64,000 nt of DNA, taken from an uncultured Thermoplasmatales archaeon. Lineage in GTDB: Archaea; Thermoplasmatota; E2; DHVEG-1. A program made the translations under genes and the position numbers. The notes under the pieces were generated by a model that was not told the DNA's origin, did not search any database, and worked only from the letters and a program-made list of their open reading frames with translations. Within the stretch, counting starts at the first letter, position 1; each line of letters opens with the position of its first letter. Positions 9,609 to 21,212 of the stretch are shown here, one piece after another. The stretch is from assembly GCA_964618505.1 (NCBI GenBank), contig CAZUBH010000003.1:20687-84686 (forward strand). Direction: 5' to 3'.

Positions 9609-10940
9609 ATGGTTTTAGACGGTCTGGGCAGTTCTTTAAGAAATACACTTAAAAAAATTGCAAATGCAACACATGTAGATTCAAAATTAATTAAAGAAGT
9701 AGTAAGAGACATACAAAGAGCGCTTTTGCAAGCTGATGTTAACGTAAAACTTGTTGTAGAGCTTTCTAAAAAAATAGAAAAACGAGCTTTAGAAGAAAAA
9801 CCTCCTTCTGGGATGAGCAATCGCGAGCACGTAATAAGAATTGTATATGGCGAGCTAGTAAATATTCTAGGCGATTCAAGAGAACTACCAATCAAAAAAC
9901 AGATAATAATGATGGTTGGTCTATATGGACAAGGTAAAACCACCAGTTGTGGAAAGTTAGCAAAATTTTTCAAAAAGAAAGGATTAAGACCTGTTCTAAT
10001 AGCTGGTGATGTACATAGACCTGCTGCTTATGATCAATTAAAGCAAATATCAGAGCAAGTTGAGGTTCCATTTTACGGCGATAAAAAAGCAAAAGATGCT
10101 GTTAAAGTCATAAAAGAAGGTCTTGATAAATTTAAAAGATCTTCGGACGTTATTATTGTTGATACTTCAGGTAGACATAAACTCGAAGATGAGCTAATAG
10201 ATGAAATGAAGAATATCTTTAAGGCAACAAAGCCTGATGAAAAACTGCTTGTTATGGATGCAGCTATGGGCCAGCAATCAGGACCTCAAGCAAAGGCATT
10301 TAACGATGCAATTGGAATAACAGGAATTGTACTTACTAAACTTGACGGTACTGCAAAAGGTGGAGGTGCACTTTCAGCAGCGTCCGAGCTTGGAGCCCCC
10401 ATTGTTTTTGTTGGAACAGGTGAACATCCGACAGATTTTGAAAAATTTGAGCCCCAGGGTTTTATTTCAAGACTTCTTGGAATGGGAGACATTAAATCAC
10501 TCCTAGAAAAAGCAGAAGAGTCAATGAAAGGAAAAGATGCTGAAAAAACTGCTAGAAGGTTGATGTCTGGAAAATTCAATCTAAATGATATGTATGAACA
10601 AATGGACATGATTTCTGGAATGGGGCCTCTTTCAAAAGTAGCTGAAATGCTTCCATTTGGTCAAAATGCAAAATTAAAGAAAATGGATATGGATGACACT
10701 CAAAATAAGCTTGCAAAATTTAGAGTTGTTTTAGATTCTATGACCAATGAAGAAAGAGAAAATCCAGATATTATTAAATCATCCAGAGTTAAAAGAATAG
10801 CAAGGGGCGCAGGTGTTGAAAACAAGGATGTCAAAGAAGTTCTAAAATATTATAATATGACAAAACGAATGATGAAAGGACTATCAGGAAATCGAAAAAT
10901 GCGTAAAAACTTAATGAGACAACTTGATTTTGGAAAATAA
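9609..10940 (+). CDS. srp54: Signal recognition particle protein SRP54
   Basis: N-domain start MVLDGLGSSLRNTLKK (archaeal SRP54 start pattern), G-domain GLYGQGKTTSCGKLA, DTSGR, TKLDG; M-domain Met-rich C-terminus. ORF-track start 9543 is judged to be an upstream extension. Confidence 0.9.
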   Translation: MVLDGLGSSLRNTLKKIANATHVDSKLIKEVVRDIQRALLQADVNVKLVVELSKKIEKRALEEKPPSGMSNREHVIRIVYGELVNILGDSRELPIKKQIIMMVGLYGQGKTTSCGKLAKFFKKKGLRPVLIAGDVHRPAAYDQLKQISEQVEVPFYGDKKAKDAVKVIKEGLDKFKRSSDVIIVDTSGRHKLEDELIDEMKNIFKATKPDEKLLVMDAAMGQQSGPQAKAFNDAIGITGIVLTKLDGTAKGGGALSAASELGAPIVFVGTGEHPTDFEKFEPQGFISRLLGMGDIKSLLEKAEESMKGKDAEKTARRLMSGKFNLNDMYEQMDMISGMGPLSKVAEMLPFGQNAKLKKMDMDDTQNKLAKFRVVLDSMTNEERENPDIIKSSRVKRIARGAGVENKDVKEVLKYYNMTKRMMKGLSGNRKMRKNLMRQLDFGK

Positions 10941-10941
10941 A

Positions 10942-12273
10942 ATGATTTTTAAAAATTATGACCAGTTAATTTTGAATGGAAAGAGTCAAGATTTGCAGAA
11001 GAAAAGAAAGGATATTCTTGAAATATTTTCTGCAGCACTTGAATCAGTAAATCCATATGTTGCTGTACAAAAACATTTACAAAATAATATGATTGTTTTT
11101 GATGAGAAAAAAATTTCTTTATCTGATTTTAAAAACATATATGTTATTGGATTTGGAAAGGCAAGTGTTGGAATGGCGCAAGCAATTTGCGATTTTATTA
11201 AAATAAAAAATGGCGCTATAGTTACAAACGATCCTAAAGCACATCTTTCAACAGAAAAGATTGAAATTACAGTTGGTGGTCATCCAATTCCAGATGAAGG
11301 AAGTATCCAAGGAGCGCAAAAAATACTGGAAATTGCAAAAGATTGTAAAAAAAACGATTTATTAATTGTTCTTGTATCTGGCGGCGGTTCTGCGCTTTTA
11401 TGCCATCCAAGAATAAGCCTTAAAGATTTACAAAAAACAACAGACCTTTTGCTAAAAAGTGGTGCAGATATAAATGAAATAAACACAATTAGAAAACATC
11501 TTTCTTTTGTAAAAGGAGGTCAACTCGTAAAAGATGTTAATTGTAAGGTCATATCATTCATAATATCTGATATTATGGGAGATCCTCTCGATTTTATTTC
11601 ATCAGGACCAACAGTTGCTGACTCAACGACATTTCAAGATGCGGAAAATATTTTGGTAAAATATAACCTATATGAAAAAATTCCAGAAAAAGTTGTGCAT
11701 GTTATAAACGAAGGGCTTAAAGGAGTTATAAAAGAAACTCCAAAAAAAGAAAATCCTATTTTTAAAAATGTTTTCAACTTTATAGTTGCAAATAATGAAA
11801 TAGCATGCAAAGCAGCAGAAGAGAAAGCAAAAGAAATTGGCTATAATTCTAAACTTTTAGCCACGAATCTATCAGGTGAAGCAAAAGAAGTGGGAAAAAA
11901 GCTTATTTTTGAATCAGATAAAATAAACAAAAAACCTTTAGCAATAATTACTGGTGGAGAAACAACTGTTACAATCACTGGAAATGGAAAAGGCGGAAGA
12001 AATCAAGAACTTGTTCTTGGTATATTAGAAGATATTTCTCAAAAAAATATTGTTTTTGGCTCATTTGCAACTGATGGAATAGATGGTAAATCTGATGCTG
12101 CTGGTTCAATTGCCGATCAAAATTCATTAAAAAGAGCTGAAGAGCATAATTTAAATCCTATAAAGTTTTTAGAAGAAAATAATTCGTATCAATTTTTTTA
12201 TGAATTAAAAGACCTCCTTTTTACAGGACCGACAGGCACAAACGTTATGGATATTCAGGTCTTAATCAAATAA
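10942..12273 (+). CDS. Glycerate 2-kinase (MOFRL family)
   Basis: GFGKASVGMA and LLIVLVSGGGSALL motifs typical of MOFRL/DUF4147 glycerate kinases; ATG at 10942 follows the srp54 stop directly (alternative ATG at 10924). Confidence 0.7.
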   Translation: MIFKNYDQLILNGKSQDLQKKRKDILEIFSAALESVNPYVAVQKHLQNNMIVFDEKKISLSDFKNIYVIGFGKASVGMAQAICDFIKIKNGAIVTNDPKAHLSTEKIEITVGGHPIPDEGSIQGAQKILEIAKDCKKNDLLIVLVSGGGSALLCHPRISLKDLQKTTDLLLKSGADINEINTIRKHLSFVKGGQLVKDVNCKVISFIISDIMGDPLDFISSGPTVADSTTFQDAENILVKYNLYEKIPEKVVHVINEGLKGVIKETPKKENPIFKNVFNFIVANNEIACKAAEEKAKEIGYNSKLLATNLSGEAKEVGKKLIFESDKINKKPLAIITGGETTVTITGNGKGGRNQELVLGILEDISQKNIVFGSFATDGIDGKSDAAGSIADQNSLKRAEEHNLNPIKFLEENNSYQFFYELKDLLFTGPTGTNVMDIQVLIK

Positions 12274-12342
12274 AAAATTTATATTCTTACTATAAATACC
12301 AAAATAATATAAAATATGATGAATATATAATAAAATCAGAAA

Positions 12343-12915
12343 ATGAAAAAGATAAATATTTATATTTCAATTATTGTATTCATTTTACTTGTTTTAACAT
12401 TTACACCTATTAAAAAATCCTTCTTAATTTCAAAAACAAACTTTAATGAAAATATAAAACCTGGAGATATCTTATTTTGTGAATGTAAAAATAAAGATTA
12501 TTCAATTTTTGGTTGGGATCATTGCAGTATTTACATAGGAAATAATGAATTTATAGAAGCTGTACCGGACAAAGGTGTTTGGATTACAAATTTTTCAGTT
12601 TATAGTACATGGGCTAAGAATTTTAGATTCGCATATGTAAAAGGAGTAAGTGAAAAACAAAGAAATGCGGCTGTAGATTTTGCAATGTCTCAACTAGACA
12701 AATCATACCAATACAAAAATTCATCTTTTTTTCATTTTATTGGATTAAGAAAGGATAATTCCTCGGAATCTAAAGAATGGTATTGTTCAGAGCTCGTTTG
12801 GGCAGCATATTATAACCAAGGAATTGATATAGACTTCAATAATTGGTTTTTTCCTAGAATGGTAAATCCTATTGATATTTCACTAGATATATTGGTTAGT
12901 ATGTACAAAATATAG
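12343..12915 (+). CDS. Membrane-anchored permuted papain-like (NlpC/P60 superfamily, YiiX/C92-like) putative amidase
   Basis: N-terminal TM; His-then-Cys order: WDHCSIYIG followed by YCSELVWAAY (the CSxLV motif typical of permuted papain-fold enzymes). Confidence 0.45.
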   Translation: MKKINIYISIIVFILLVLTFTPIKKSFLISKTNFNENIKPGDILFCECKNKDYSIFGWDHCSIYIGNNEFIEAVPDKGVWITNFSVYSTWAKNFRFAYVKGVSEKQRNAAVDFAMSQLDKSYQYKNSSFFHFIGLRKDNSSESKEWYCSELVWAAYYNQGIDIDFNNWFFPRMVNPIDISLDILVSMYKI

Positions 12916-13117
12916 ACATTAATCACAATATTTAATAAAACTAATAATAGATTTTTTTATATCATATACCAAGATAAACCTTATTTCAATCAAAATTACG
13001 TTCCAAAACTAATATATAAAGATTTGGAATAAAAATATTGACAACTATCGAACAATAAAGTATTTAAGTGTGTATATATAATATAAGGTTTATAAAATTA
13101 ATATAAGGAGATAAAAT

Positions 13118-16100
13118 ATGCGTCCAAAATATCCAGTTAGAGTACTGGCTATATTAGGAGTTATTCTACTAACTTTATCTTGTATAAGTTTTCCAAGTTC
13201 TGTTGCTGAAATAACTACTTATTCTGAAGACGGAGTTTGGATAAACACACTTTCAAATGAAAGTACAATTGATTTTGATAGTGACAAACTTATCATTTCC
13301 GATGGAGTTTTGCAATTTAATAAAACAGAAAGTGGAATATCATATGACTACAATGATTCAAACAATCACGAGGCCTTTGGGTATCAATTAAATTATTTGC
13401 AATTCGTTCTAATGAAACTTTTACCAATTCCAAGTTTAACATCACCAGATAGATTACTAGAAAACAAAGAGGAATTTAGTAAATTTTATGATTATCCAAG
13501 AATAAGATTTGATGACGATAAATTTGCTGAAACTCCAACAGATGGATTAAAAAATTATGCTGTTCAACATTTTAGATTTAAGCTTAATACAGATTATGAG
13601 TCTATTGGAAATCTAGATATATTGTGGAAAGGAGAAGCGCAAAACGATGAAAAAATTTTGATGCTCGTATATAAATATTGGCCTATGGCTGATAGACAAT
13701 TAGGATCTTGGCATCAAATAGATGAAACATCAGAAAATATGATGATAGGACAACTAAAAGATGATGAATCTTTAGATGCCTCTAAAGACCATGTTTCTGA
13801 TGACAATTATCTGGATGTAATTATTGTGGCGTATAGTTCGCTACTTGGATCATGCAAACTTTCAACAGATTATATTAAAGTGGTTTCAGAATCTGAAGAA
13901 GGTTACATTACAGGAACATCTATTGCTACAACTCATGACTCAATAAATCCAAAAGAAATCTCAGATACTTCTGAATTTTATTGGGATACTTTATCCTGGG
14001 AAGACTCTGAAAAATCCGATTCAAAGGTAAAATATCAAATATTAAGAAAAGGCGATGTAGCAACTAAGTGGATACCAGTTGAAGATGAATATTTGCCTGG
14101 AAACTCAGAAGGATTTACAGAGCCACCTGTTAATCTAAATTCAATTAATTCCGATCTTTACGATAAATTAAAAATCAGAATGAATCTAACTTCTGATAAC
14201 CCAAAATACACTCCAAAAGTTTTTGATTTAACACTTACTTGGCAAAATGATTTAAATAAATGGCAAGATAGTTTTGAATCAAGCGTTAGAATTGGAACGA
14301 AAAATAAAATTAAAGTAAATGATGGTCAAGTAATAATCAACCCAGTTAGTGGAGATTGGCCTACATTTGGTCAAAATGCAAGAAATATTAGAGCATCTGA
14401 TGGAAAAGGACCTGGCAGCAATGAACTGAAATGGTATGCTGAATTAAGCGAGCAAACTTCAGTAGTAAGCCCTGTTGTCTCTGGAGAATTTTTATATACC
14501 TTGCAAAAAGACTCTAAAAATCTATTCAAATATGATATTACTTCAGAACCTAATCCAGATTTTTTTACAATTGAATATCTAGAAAGTGTCGAACTTGGAA
14601 AAGTTTTGTATTCATCGCCAACTATTTATGGCGATTATTTAATTATTTCAACAGGAGCTACTTCATCAAGTGGCACATCAAATTATGTTTATTGCTTTGA
14701 AACAGACAATTTAGATAACTATAAGTGGAGATTCAAATACAATTCAGATACATGCTACTGGTCAAATCCTGTTGTAGAAAATGATATAGTTTACTTGTCT
14801 ACTTGGAACGGTGATATTCAGGCAGGGGATGGTAATAATAACTATAAATTATTTGCAATTGAAATTGACCAAGGACAAGGTTATGGTAATAACATAAATA
14901 ATGATGCGCTCTTATGGGAACAAAACCTTCCAGCAGATAGTTTTTCAACTCCTGCTGTGTATAATGATGTAGTATATGTAGGATGCCAAGAAGATAGTGA
15001 AAATAGTCTTTTTGCATTTGATGCAAATACTGGTGCCAATATATGGAATAAATCAATAGGTTCAATTGGTTTTGCATCTCCAGTAATATATGAAGAAAAC
15101 CTATTTATTGTAACAAGAAAAGCCTCTGGACTTGCTGCAACTGCTGAGGTTCTAGCAATAGATACAGTTGATGGTGGCTCATTATGGAATAAAACTATTA
15201 GTAGATCATTATCTACATTAAGATACACAAAATCTGATAATACACCTTCAATTTATAATGGTATTTTATATGTTTCGTCTCCAGATGGAACAATATATGC
15301 TTTAGATGTACTAGACGGAACTGAGAAATGGTCAACAAGTCTTTATGATGTTATTGATCTGCAAGGCGATATTGCAGGGGAACTGTTAACTTCATCAACT
15401 GCTTATGCTGATGGTAAAGTTTACGTAGGAACACCTGAAGGTAAATTTTATGCTCTTGATGCTGATGATGGAACAACAATATGGTCATTTAATGTAGCTT
15501 CATCATCAGAAACTGTTACAACATCTGCTGTTGTAACAAACGGATTTGCGTTTTTCGGAGATGAAAATGGTATATTGTATGCAATTGGTGATTACGTAGA
15601 ACCCGACAAAGAAATAGAAGGATATATGATTTCTGTTCCAATTAATCTCCCACAGAAAAAATGGTGGAATAAATTTTATGCACACTATAATGTAACTGAA
15701 GGTGAAAATAGTATCAATTTCAGCATTCTTGATGAAGATGGAGAATTTATTAGTAATATTCAAAATAAAACCAACATAAGTTTAAATGATATAGATCAAG
15801 ACAAAAAAAGAACTATAAGACTTAGAGCTGATTTTTATGCAAATAATTCTTCAGTAAACCCTGAACTTTTCAAATGGTATGTAACGTTTAAAGCTGATAA
15901 TAATGCTCCTGATTTTGTAGAGAATTCATTTACACCAAATCCAGAAGGATGGTCAAATGATCCTACCCCATTATGTTCAATTGATGTTTGGGATAATGGC
16001 ACAGGACTTGATATGAGTTCTGCAGAATACAAATTTAAATATAAAGAGAAAGACGGTGACGATACAAAAGAAAAAACTGGTAAATTAAATTATACTGGCG

Positions 16101-17314
16101 AAGATGGGAATAATTTTTCATATTTATCTGTTGATATATCTCAACTTGAAATTTCATCTGAAATTGACACTCTTATTGAAATATGGTTTAATATAACAGA
16201 TCTTGCAGATAATACAGCCACATTTCACAAAGCATTTAAACAAGACACAATAAAACCAACTTCAACAATATCAAATGATACAAACGGATCAGAGTTTAAA
16301 GTTGAACAAGTAAAAATAAATGTTACAGCTCAAGATCCAGGAGTTGAAGATGTTAATTCTAGTGGAATAGCATCCATTAAACTGTTTTATAGACATTCAA
16401 TATCTACAAGCTTTTCTGGCAGTTGGAAATCTTTCGGAGAAACTGCCATAAACGTAACCGAATACACTTGGAATTTTACAGCAGAAGAGGGCGGAGGCTA
16501 TTATGAGTTGATGACCCTTGCAACAGATGTAGCAGGAAATAATGAAAGCGATAAAGACGAAGGTGAAGTTAAATTTATAATGGACTCATTTGCACCGGAC
16601 AATCCTGATTATGATGATGAGATTTATTGGTTCAATGAAAGGCCTGAATTTTCATTTGATTTTGAAGATGATTTTAGACTTGATAAAATTGAGTATAGGC
16701 CAAGTTTTGAAACAATTTGGACAGTAATTGATGATAATATAGATGAAAGAGTATTTAGTGATAATTGGGAATTATCCGAAGAATTTTGGAATGAAATGCA
16801 AGAAGGAAATACTTATTACGTTTATTTCAGAATAACTGACTCTTTAGGCAATCAACTTCTAATTGAAAATACTGGTGATTCATTAAAACTAAGTAAAGAT
16901 GATTCAACACCCAATGTAAATATTAATGCACCCGGCTTAGACGTTGAATGGACATGGGAAGATAAATTTGAAATCGAAGCTTTTGTTGATGAGATTGGCA
17001 GTGGTCTTAAAAGCGTAGAATTGTACTATAGATATTCTAAAGATAATGATGATTGGAGCGAATGGGAAAAATATGGAGAAACTCTTACATCTACTCCTTT
17101 CAAATGGGATTTTGTAGCAGAAGAAGGTAATGGTTATTATGAATTTAAAATTATAGCAGAGGATGCTGCTGGAAATGTTGCAGAATCTGAAGTGTTTTCT
17201 ACAGGAATAAATTTACTTCCAATAGTACTTATCGCAGGATTTGTAGCGTTGATAATAGCACTGCTAGTAATATCTGTGATAATAATTTTAAAAATAAGAG
17301 TTAAGAAGAAATAA
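13118..17314 (+). CDS. Large cell-surface protein: signal peptide, PQQ-like beta-propeller repeats, repeated Ig-like domains, C-terminal TM anchor with basic tail
   Basis: 1398 aa. Repeats such as GKVYVGTPEGKFYALDADDGTTIWSF and GILYVSSPDGTIYALDVLDGTEKWS are PQQ/BamB-type. Duplicated EEGGGYYELMTLATDVAGNNES and EEGNGYYEFKIIAEDAAGNVAES modules. C-terminus LLPIVLIAGFVALIIALLVISVIIILKIRVKKK. Confidence 0.7.
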   Translation: MRPKYPVRVLAILGVILLTLSCISFPSSVAEITTYSEDGVWINTLSNESTIDFDSDKLIISDGVLQFNKTESGISYDYNDSNNHEAFGYQLNYLQFVLMKLLPIPSLTSPDRLLENKEEFSKFYDYPRIRFDDDKFAETPTDGLKNYAVQHFRFKLNTDYESIGNLDILWKGEAQNDEKILMLVYKYWPMADRQLGSWHQIDETSENMMIGQLKDDESLDASKDHVSDDNYLDVIIVAYSSLLGSCKLSTDYIKVVSESEEGYITGTSIATTHDSINPKEISDTSEFYWDTLSWEDSEKSDSKVKYQILRKGDVATKWIPVEDEYLPGNSEGFTEPPVNLNSINSDLYDKLKIRMNLTSDNPKYTPKVFDLTLTWQNDLNKWQDSFESSVRIGTKNKIKVNDGQVIINPVSGDWPTFGQNARNIRASDGKGPGSNELKWYAELSEQTSVVSPVVSGEFLYTLQKDSKNLFKYDITSEPNPDFFTIEYLESVELGKVLYSSPTIYGDYLIISTGATSSSGTSNYVYCFETDNLDNYKWRFKYNSDTCYWSNPVVENDIVYLSTWNGDIQAGDGNNNYKLFAIEIDQGQGYGNNINNDALLWEQNLPADSFSTPAVYNDVVYVGCQEDSENSLFAFDANTGANIWNKSIGSIGFASPVIYEENLFIVTRKASGLAATAEVLAIDTVDGGSLWNKTISRSLSTLRYTKSDNTPSIYNGILYVSSPDGTIYALDVLDGTEKWSTSLYDVIDLQGDIAGELLTSSTAYADGKVYVGTPEGKFYALDADDGTTIWSFNVASSSETVTTSAVVTNGFAFFGDENGILYAIGDYVEPDKEIEGYMISVPINLPQKKWWNKFYAHYNVTEGENSINFSILDEDGEFISNIQNKTNISLNDIDQDKKRTIRLRADFYANNSSVNPELFKWYVTFKADNNAPDFVENSFTPNPEGWSNDPTPLCSIDVWDNGTGLDMSSAEYKFKYKEKDGDDTKEKTGKLNYTGEDGNNFSYLSVDISQLEISSEIDTLIEIWFNITDLADNTATFHKAFKQDTIKPTSTISNDTNGSEFKVEQVKINVTAQDPGVEDVNSSGIASIKLFYRHSISTSFSGSWKSFGETAINVTEYTWNFTAEEGGGYYELMTLATDVAGNNESDKDEGEVKFIMDSFAPDNPDYDDEIYWFNERPEFSFDFEDDFRLDKIEYRPSFETIWTVIDDNIDERVFSDNWELSEEFWNEMQEGNTYYVYFRITDSLGNQLLIENTGDSLKLSKDDSTPNVNINAPGLDVEWTWEDKFEIEAFVDEIGSGLKSVELYYRYSKDNDDWSEWEKYGETLTSTPFKWDFVAEEGNGYYEFKIIAEDAAGNVAESEVFSTGINLLPIVLIAGFVALIIALLVISVIIILKIRVKKK

Positions 17315-17325
17315 TCTAACTCTTT

Positions 17326-20151
17326 TTATTCTATAAATATTGCTGGTCTTAAAGGAACTGAGTATCTTGTTTTATTTGCAGGATCGTAAATTTTTTCATC
17401 ATCAGAGCCAAATATCTCAATTTCACATGAAAAAATAGAATTGATATAATTTATAGCACTGTTCAAATAAGTTTTTTCGTCAAATTCAATCATATATTTT
17501 TCTTTATCTGAATCGCTTAGTTTTTTGATTTCTCCAGGCAACTTTCCTACAAATTGAGATACTTCTTTTGCTTTTGATTTAAGATTTGAATCTGCCATAG
17601 CTTCTTTCATTAAAATGCCAATGTTTAACTTGTTTTCTTCGGAAAGTTCAATTGATTTTCTATAAATTTCGTTTTTCCATTTTGGAGAAGTATAAATTAT
17701 AATTTTTTTAGGGGAAATTTTTGTAACTTTTAATATCTCATTTATGTCGTCAACAACCTTAGATAATAAATATTCTCCAATTTCGTCTTTTTTTGATATC
17801 TTTTTTAAGTCAAGCTTAGGATAATTTTCTTCTGAAACGAAATCTTTAAATTCAAATAACATGCCAATTTCTTCAGAAATATGTGGAGTAATAGGTAACA
17901 TTAATTTAATCCAGGCTTTTAGGAACTCTTCTATTACTTTTGGGTTTTCTCCATTTCTTTTTAGATACCATTGTATATCTTTAGCCATATCAAAATAGAT
18001 TTCATTTGCTGCAATTCTCAAATCAAAATTATCAAATGCATCAATAATTGATTTTATTCTTCTCTGAAGAGAGCTTATTAGCCAATTATCCAAATTTTTA
18101 TTTTCTTGACCATTTATTTTTTTGAGTTCAAATGCAGTATTATATATATTTGTAATTTTTTTCTTATATTTTGTTACTGCCTCTGCATCCCATTCAATAT
18201 CAACAAAAGGAGAGCCAACATGAGTATAATAAAGTCGCATAGCATCTACGCCATAAGTTGTAGCTGCTTCTAAAATAGGCTCTGCACCGCCTTTTGATTT
18301 GCTAATTTTTTCCTTTCCTTTTTGCGTTACCCACCAATGTACAAAAATGCCCTTTGCTCTTTTTTGCTCAGGCATTATTGCTACATGATTCATTAAATAA
18401 ACTGGAAAATGTACCGTTTTATGCTCTTTGCCTCCAAGATTAATATCTACTGGATACCAATAGTCAAATTCTGATTTTATATCCTCCCAAATATTGTCTT
18501 TGGGCTTTCCCTTGCCAAGAAATACATAGTCAAAAAATTCAACAGTCATATCTTCTTCTGAAATTTTATCTTCGTTTACAAATTTTGAAATTGTATAATA
18601 GGCAGGGTAAAGAGTAGAATCAGATATTGGTTCTATAACCCAACCTTTTTTGAAAGGAAATTCTGTGCCTAGCCAAGAACCCTTTCTAATTACTGCTCTA
18701 TCATCAAACCAGTCTAAAACTTTAGGTAATTCTGATTTATAATCTTCTGGATATATATTCATTTTTGAAACAAAATCTTTTGAGTTTTGTGTAAGCTTCT
18801 CATCACTGTATTTTATAAACCATTGATCTGGAATTTGTTTAATTACAACATTTGATTTACATCTACAGACGACTTGTTCAGAAAATTCTCTCATTATTGT
18901 AGCATGACCTTTTTTTATTAAATCATTTTTAACTGTATCTTTTATTTCAGAAATTTTTATGCCAGCATATTTGTCACATTTGCTGTTTAATTTGCCTGTA
19001 TGAAATTCTTTTTTGTAAATAATATCCGTTGCCTCGTCAAGTTTTGCTTCTTCAGTTTGAGATTTAATGCCTAATATATCGCATACTTCTTTTGCTGGAT
19101 TTTCTTTAAAATCTTTAACATCAATTATTGTAATTGGCTCAATATTTGATTTTGATTCAACAAGTGCAATCCAATCATAGGGTGCATGTGCTGGTACAGA
19201 CATTACAATTCCTGTTGCAACATTGGGGTCTGCAAAAACTCCAGAGAGTATGGGAATTTCTCTATTGGTCTCAGGTATTATACAAGTATTTCCGACTAAA
19301 TCTTTACCAGGTATTTTTTCATTTAGAGTCTTTATTTCACCAATTTGATAAGATAATTTTTCAATGCATTCTTTTGAGCAAATCCAAGTTTCCCCGTTTA
19401 CATTTACTTTTTCATAAGTAATATTAGGATTTACCCACATGTTTGTAACACCGAAAATGGTTTCAGGTCTTAGTGTTGCGGCAGGAAGTATTGTCCCATC
19501 TTTTAACTTGAATTTAATAACAGTGAATTCAAGTATTTCTGAAGATCCACCAGAAGATACATCAGTTTCTGACTTATCAACAGCAACAGGGCCACAATTG
19601 GGGCAAAAAGGTGCAAAATGTGGTTTTTGAATTAAAAGATTTAAATCATTTAATTTATGAAATTGCCATTCTATGAATTTATTATATCCTTTTGAAATGG
19701 TATTCATTATTCTTGAGTAATCGATTAAAAAACCAAATCTTTTCCAATAATATTCAACATATACTTTTGAAAAATATTTTACAACCTCGTAAGGATCTTT
19801 TAACTTTTCAATTAGTTCTTCAGAGCACCCATTTTGTTTTAAAAGTTTGATGGTGTATTTATCTTTTCTTTCAACTTTTTTTGCAAAACCTACTGAGGGA
19901 ATACCTGAAGCATGAAAACCAGCAGGAAATAAAACGTCATATCCCTGCATTTTTTTATATCTGGAAATTACATCACAATAAGTAAAACCTCTCATATGCC
20001 CGACATGCAGATAACCAGAAACTCCAGGGTATGCAAAATGTATGAAAAATTTCTTCTCTTTTGATTTTTGAGCTATATTGATTTTTGAATCAAACCATTT
20101 TTTTTGCCATTTTTTTTCAATTTCAACGTAATCGTAGTTTTTTTGGGACAT
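17326..20151 (-). CDS. leuS: Leucyl-tRNA synthetase (archaeal/eukaryotic type)
   Basis: 941 aa; HIGH-type HVGHMRGF and KMSKS-type KISKSKG, editing-domain insertion, archaeal-type architecture. Confidence 0.92.
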   Translation of the reverse strand: MSQKNYDYVEIEKKWQKKWFDSKINIAQKSKEKKFFIHFAYPGVSGYLHVGHMRGFTYCDVISRYKKMQGYDVLFPAGFHASGIPSVGFAKKVERKDKYTIKLLKQNGCSEELIEKLKDPYEVVKYFSKVYVEYYWKRFGFLIDYSRIMNTISKGYNKFIEWQFHKLNDLNLLIQKPHFAPFCPNCGPVAVDKSETDVSSGGSSEILEFTVIKFKLKDGTILPAATLRPETIFGVTNMWVNPNITYEKVNVNGETWICSKECIEKLSYQIGEIKTLNEKIPGKDLVGNTCIIPETNREIPILSGVFADPNVATGIVMSVPAHAPYDWIALVESKSNIEPITIIDVKDFKENPAKEVCDILGIKSQTEEAKLDEATDIIYKKEFHTGKLNSKCDKYAGIKISEIKDTVKNDLIKKGHATIMREFSEQVVCRCKSNVVIKQIPDQWFIKYSDEKLTQNSKDFVSKMNIYPEDYKSELPKVLDWFDDRAVIRKGSWLGTEFPFKKGWVIEPISDSTLYPAYYTISKFVNEDKISEEDMTVEFFDYVFLGKGKPKDNIWEDIKSEFDYWYPVDINLGGKEHKTVHFPVYLMNHVAIMPEQKRAKGIFVHWWVTQKGKEKISKSKGGAEPILEAATTYGVDAMRLYYTHVGSPFVDIEWDAEAVTKYKKKITNIYNTAFELKKINGQENKNLDNWLISSLQRRIKSIIDAFDNFDLRIAANEIYFDMAKDIQWYLKRNGENPKVIEEFLKAWIKLMLPITPHISEEIGMLFEFKDFVSEENYPKLDLKKISKKDEIGEYLLSKVVDDINEILKVTKISPKKIIIYTSPKWKNEIYRKSIELSEENKLNIGILMKEAMADSNLKSKAKEVSQFVGKLPGEIKKLSDSDKEKYMIEFDEKTYLNSAINYINSIFSCEIEIFGSDDEKIYDPANKTRYSVPLRPAIFIE

Positions 20152-20206
20152 ATTTGCTATCTTTTGGGAAATAAAAGATGATTTATATAACGTTTCTGTA
20201 AAAAGA

Positions 20207-20974
20207 TTATTTGATTTCTTTTTTTATAATATTTTCAAATCTTCTGGCAGATATGTAGTGATCGGAAAGCAATTTTTTATTATAAATTAAATTAAATGTC
20301 GAATATAATGAAGGGGCATTTTGTGCTTCTTTGGGCATTTTTAATTCTTTAATATTAAGTTTTAAATTGTGTTTTTTTGCAATATCACTAAGTTCTTTAA
20401 TAGAGCGGGCAACCCACGGACATTGATTTGAATAAAGTATATGTAAACCAGAATAATGTTCAAGTTCGCTTTTCCAATCTTTAAATTTTGGTTTTGCTCC
20501 GTCTTTAATAGTTTTAATCATAAGATTAAATGGTTTTTGTTCCTCAATTGATTCAAATTTATTTTTTAAAAAAATATCTTTGCTTGCCATAAAAGATCCC
20601 TCACTCGAGATTGTTGCAACACCCAATTTTCCTTGTTTTTCAGCATCTTTAATGCAGTCTTCAATTAAAAAAGAGCCATAACCTTTATTTTTTTGTTTAT
20701 TTGGAGAAATCCATATGCAATGAATAAATAGATAGTTTTTTGCTTCTACTGCCCTCCATGCAAATTCACCAGGCACATATTCAATAAAACCAATAGGTTT
20801 CTTTTCTTCTTTTAAGTATAGATGTTTTATTGTCATTCCTTCCGATAGCCTTTTTTTAAGCCAATCAAGTTTTATGAGGTGTCCTTCATTTTTTGGATTT
20901 AAAAAACAAGGACAACCATATGTTTGAATATTGTCTTTATCAACCTTTATTATCTCTATATTACTATTCATCAA
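20207..20974 (-). CDS. GNAT family N-acetyltransferase with extra C-terminal (YoaP-like?) domain
   Basis: Acetyl-CoA binding-like NKGYGSFLIEDCIKDAEKQG; extra ~100 aa C-terminal domain with QCPWVARS. Confidence 0.45.
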   Translation of the reverse strand: MMNSNIEIIKVDKDNIQTYGCPCFLNPKNEGHLIKLDWLKKRLSEGMTIKHLYLKEEKKPIGFIEYVPGEFAWRAVEAKNYLFIHCIWISPNKQKNKGYGSFLIEDCIKDAEKQGKLGVATISSEGSFMASKDIFLKNKFESIEEQKPFNLMIKTIKDGAKPKFKDWKSELEHYSGLHILYSNQCPWVARSIKELSDIAKKHNLKLNIKELKMPKEAQNAPSLYSTFNLIYNKKLLSDHYISARRFENIIKKEIK

Positions 20975-21212
20975 AAAATATTAGATTAAATTATCTTAAT
21001 AAAATTTATCTATATGAAAATTGTCAAATTGATATTTTGCTAAAAAATATTTAAATATAAAGAATCACAGAGTATAACATATACAATTCGGTGAGTTAAT
21101 TGAAGATAGTAAACGAAATTAAAGGTCAAAGAGAAGTTGATGATATAAAAATGACCATGAAAATATTTTTTTTAACAAAAAGAATTAAAAATCTTCACAA
21201 AAAGAAATAGTT

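Noticed and set aside
9536-9973. 145-aa minus-strand ORF overlapping the 5' end of srp54
   Set aside because: Antisense to a strongly supported gene, low-complexity hydrophobic translation; typical spurious ORF in AT-rich DNA.
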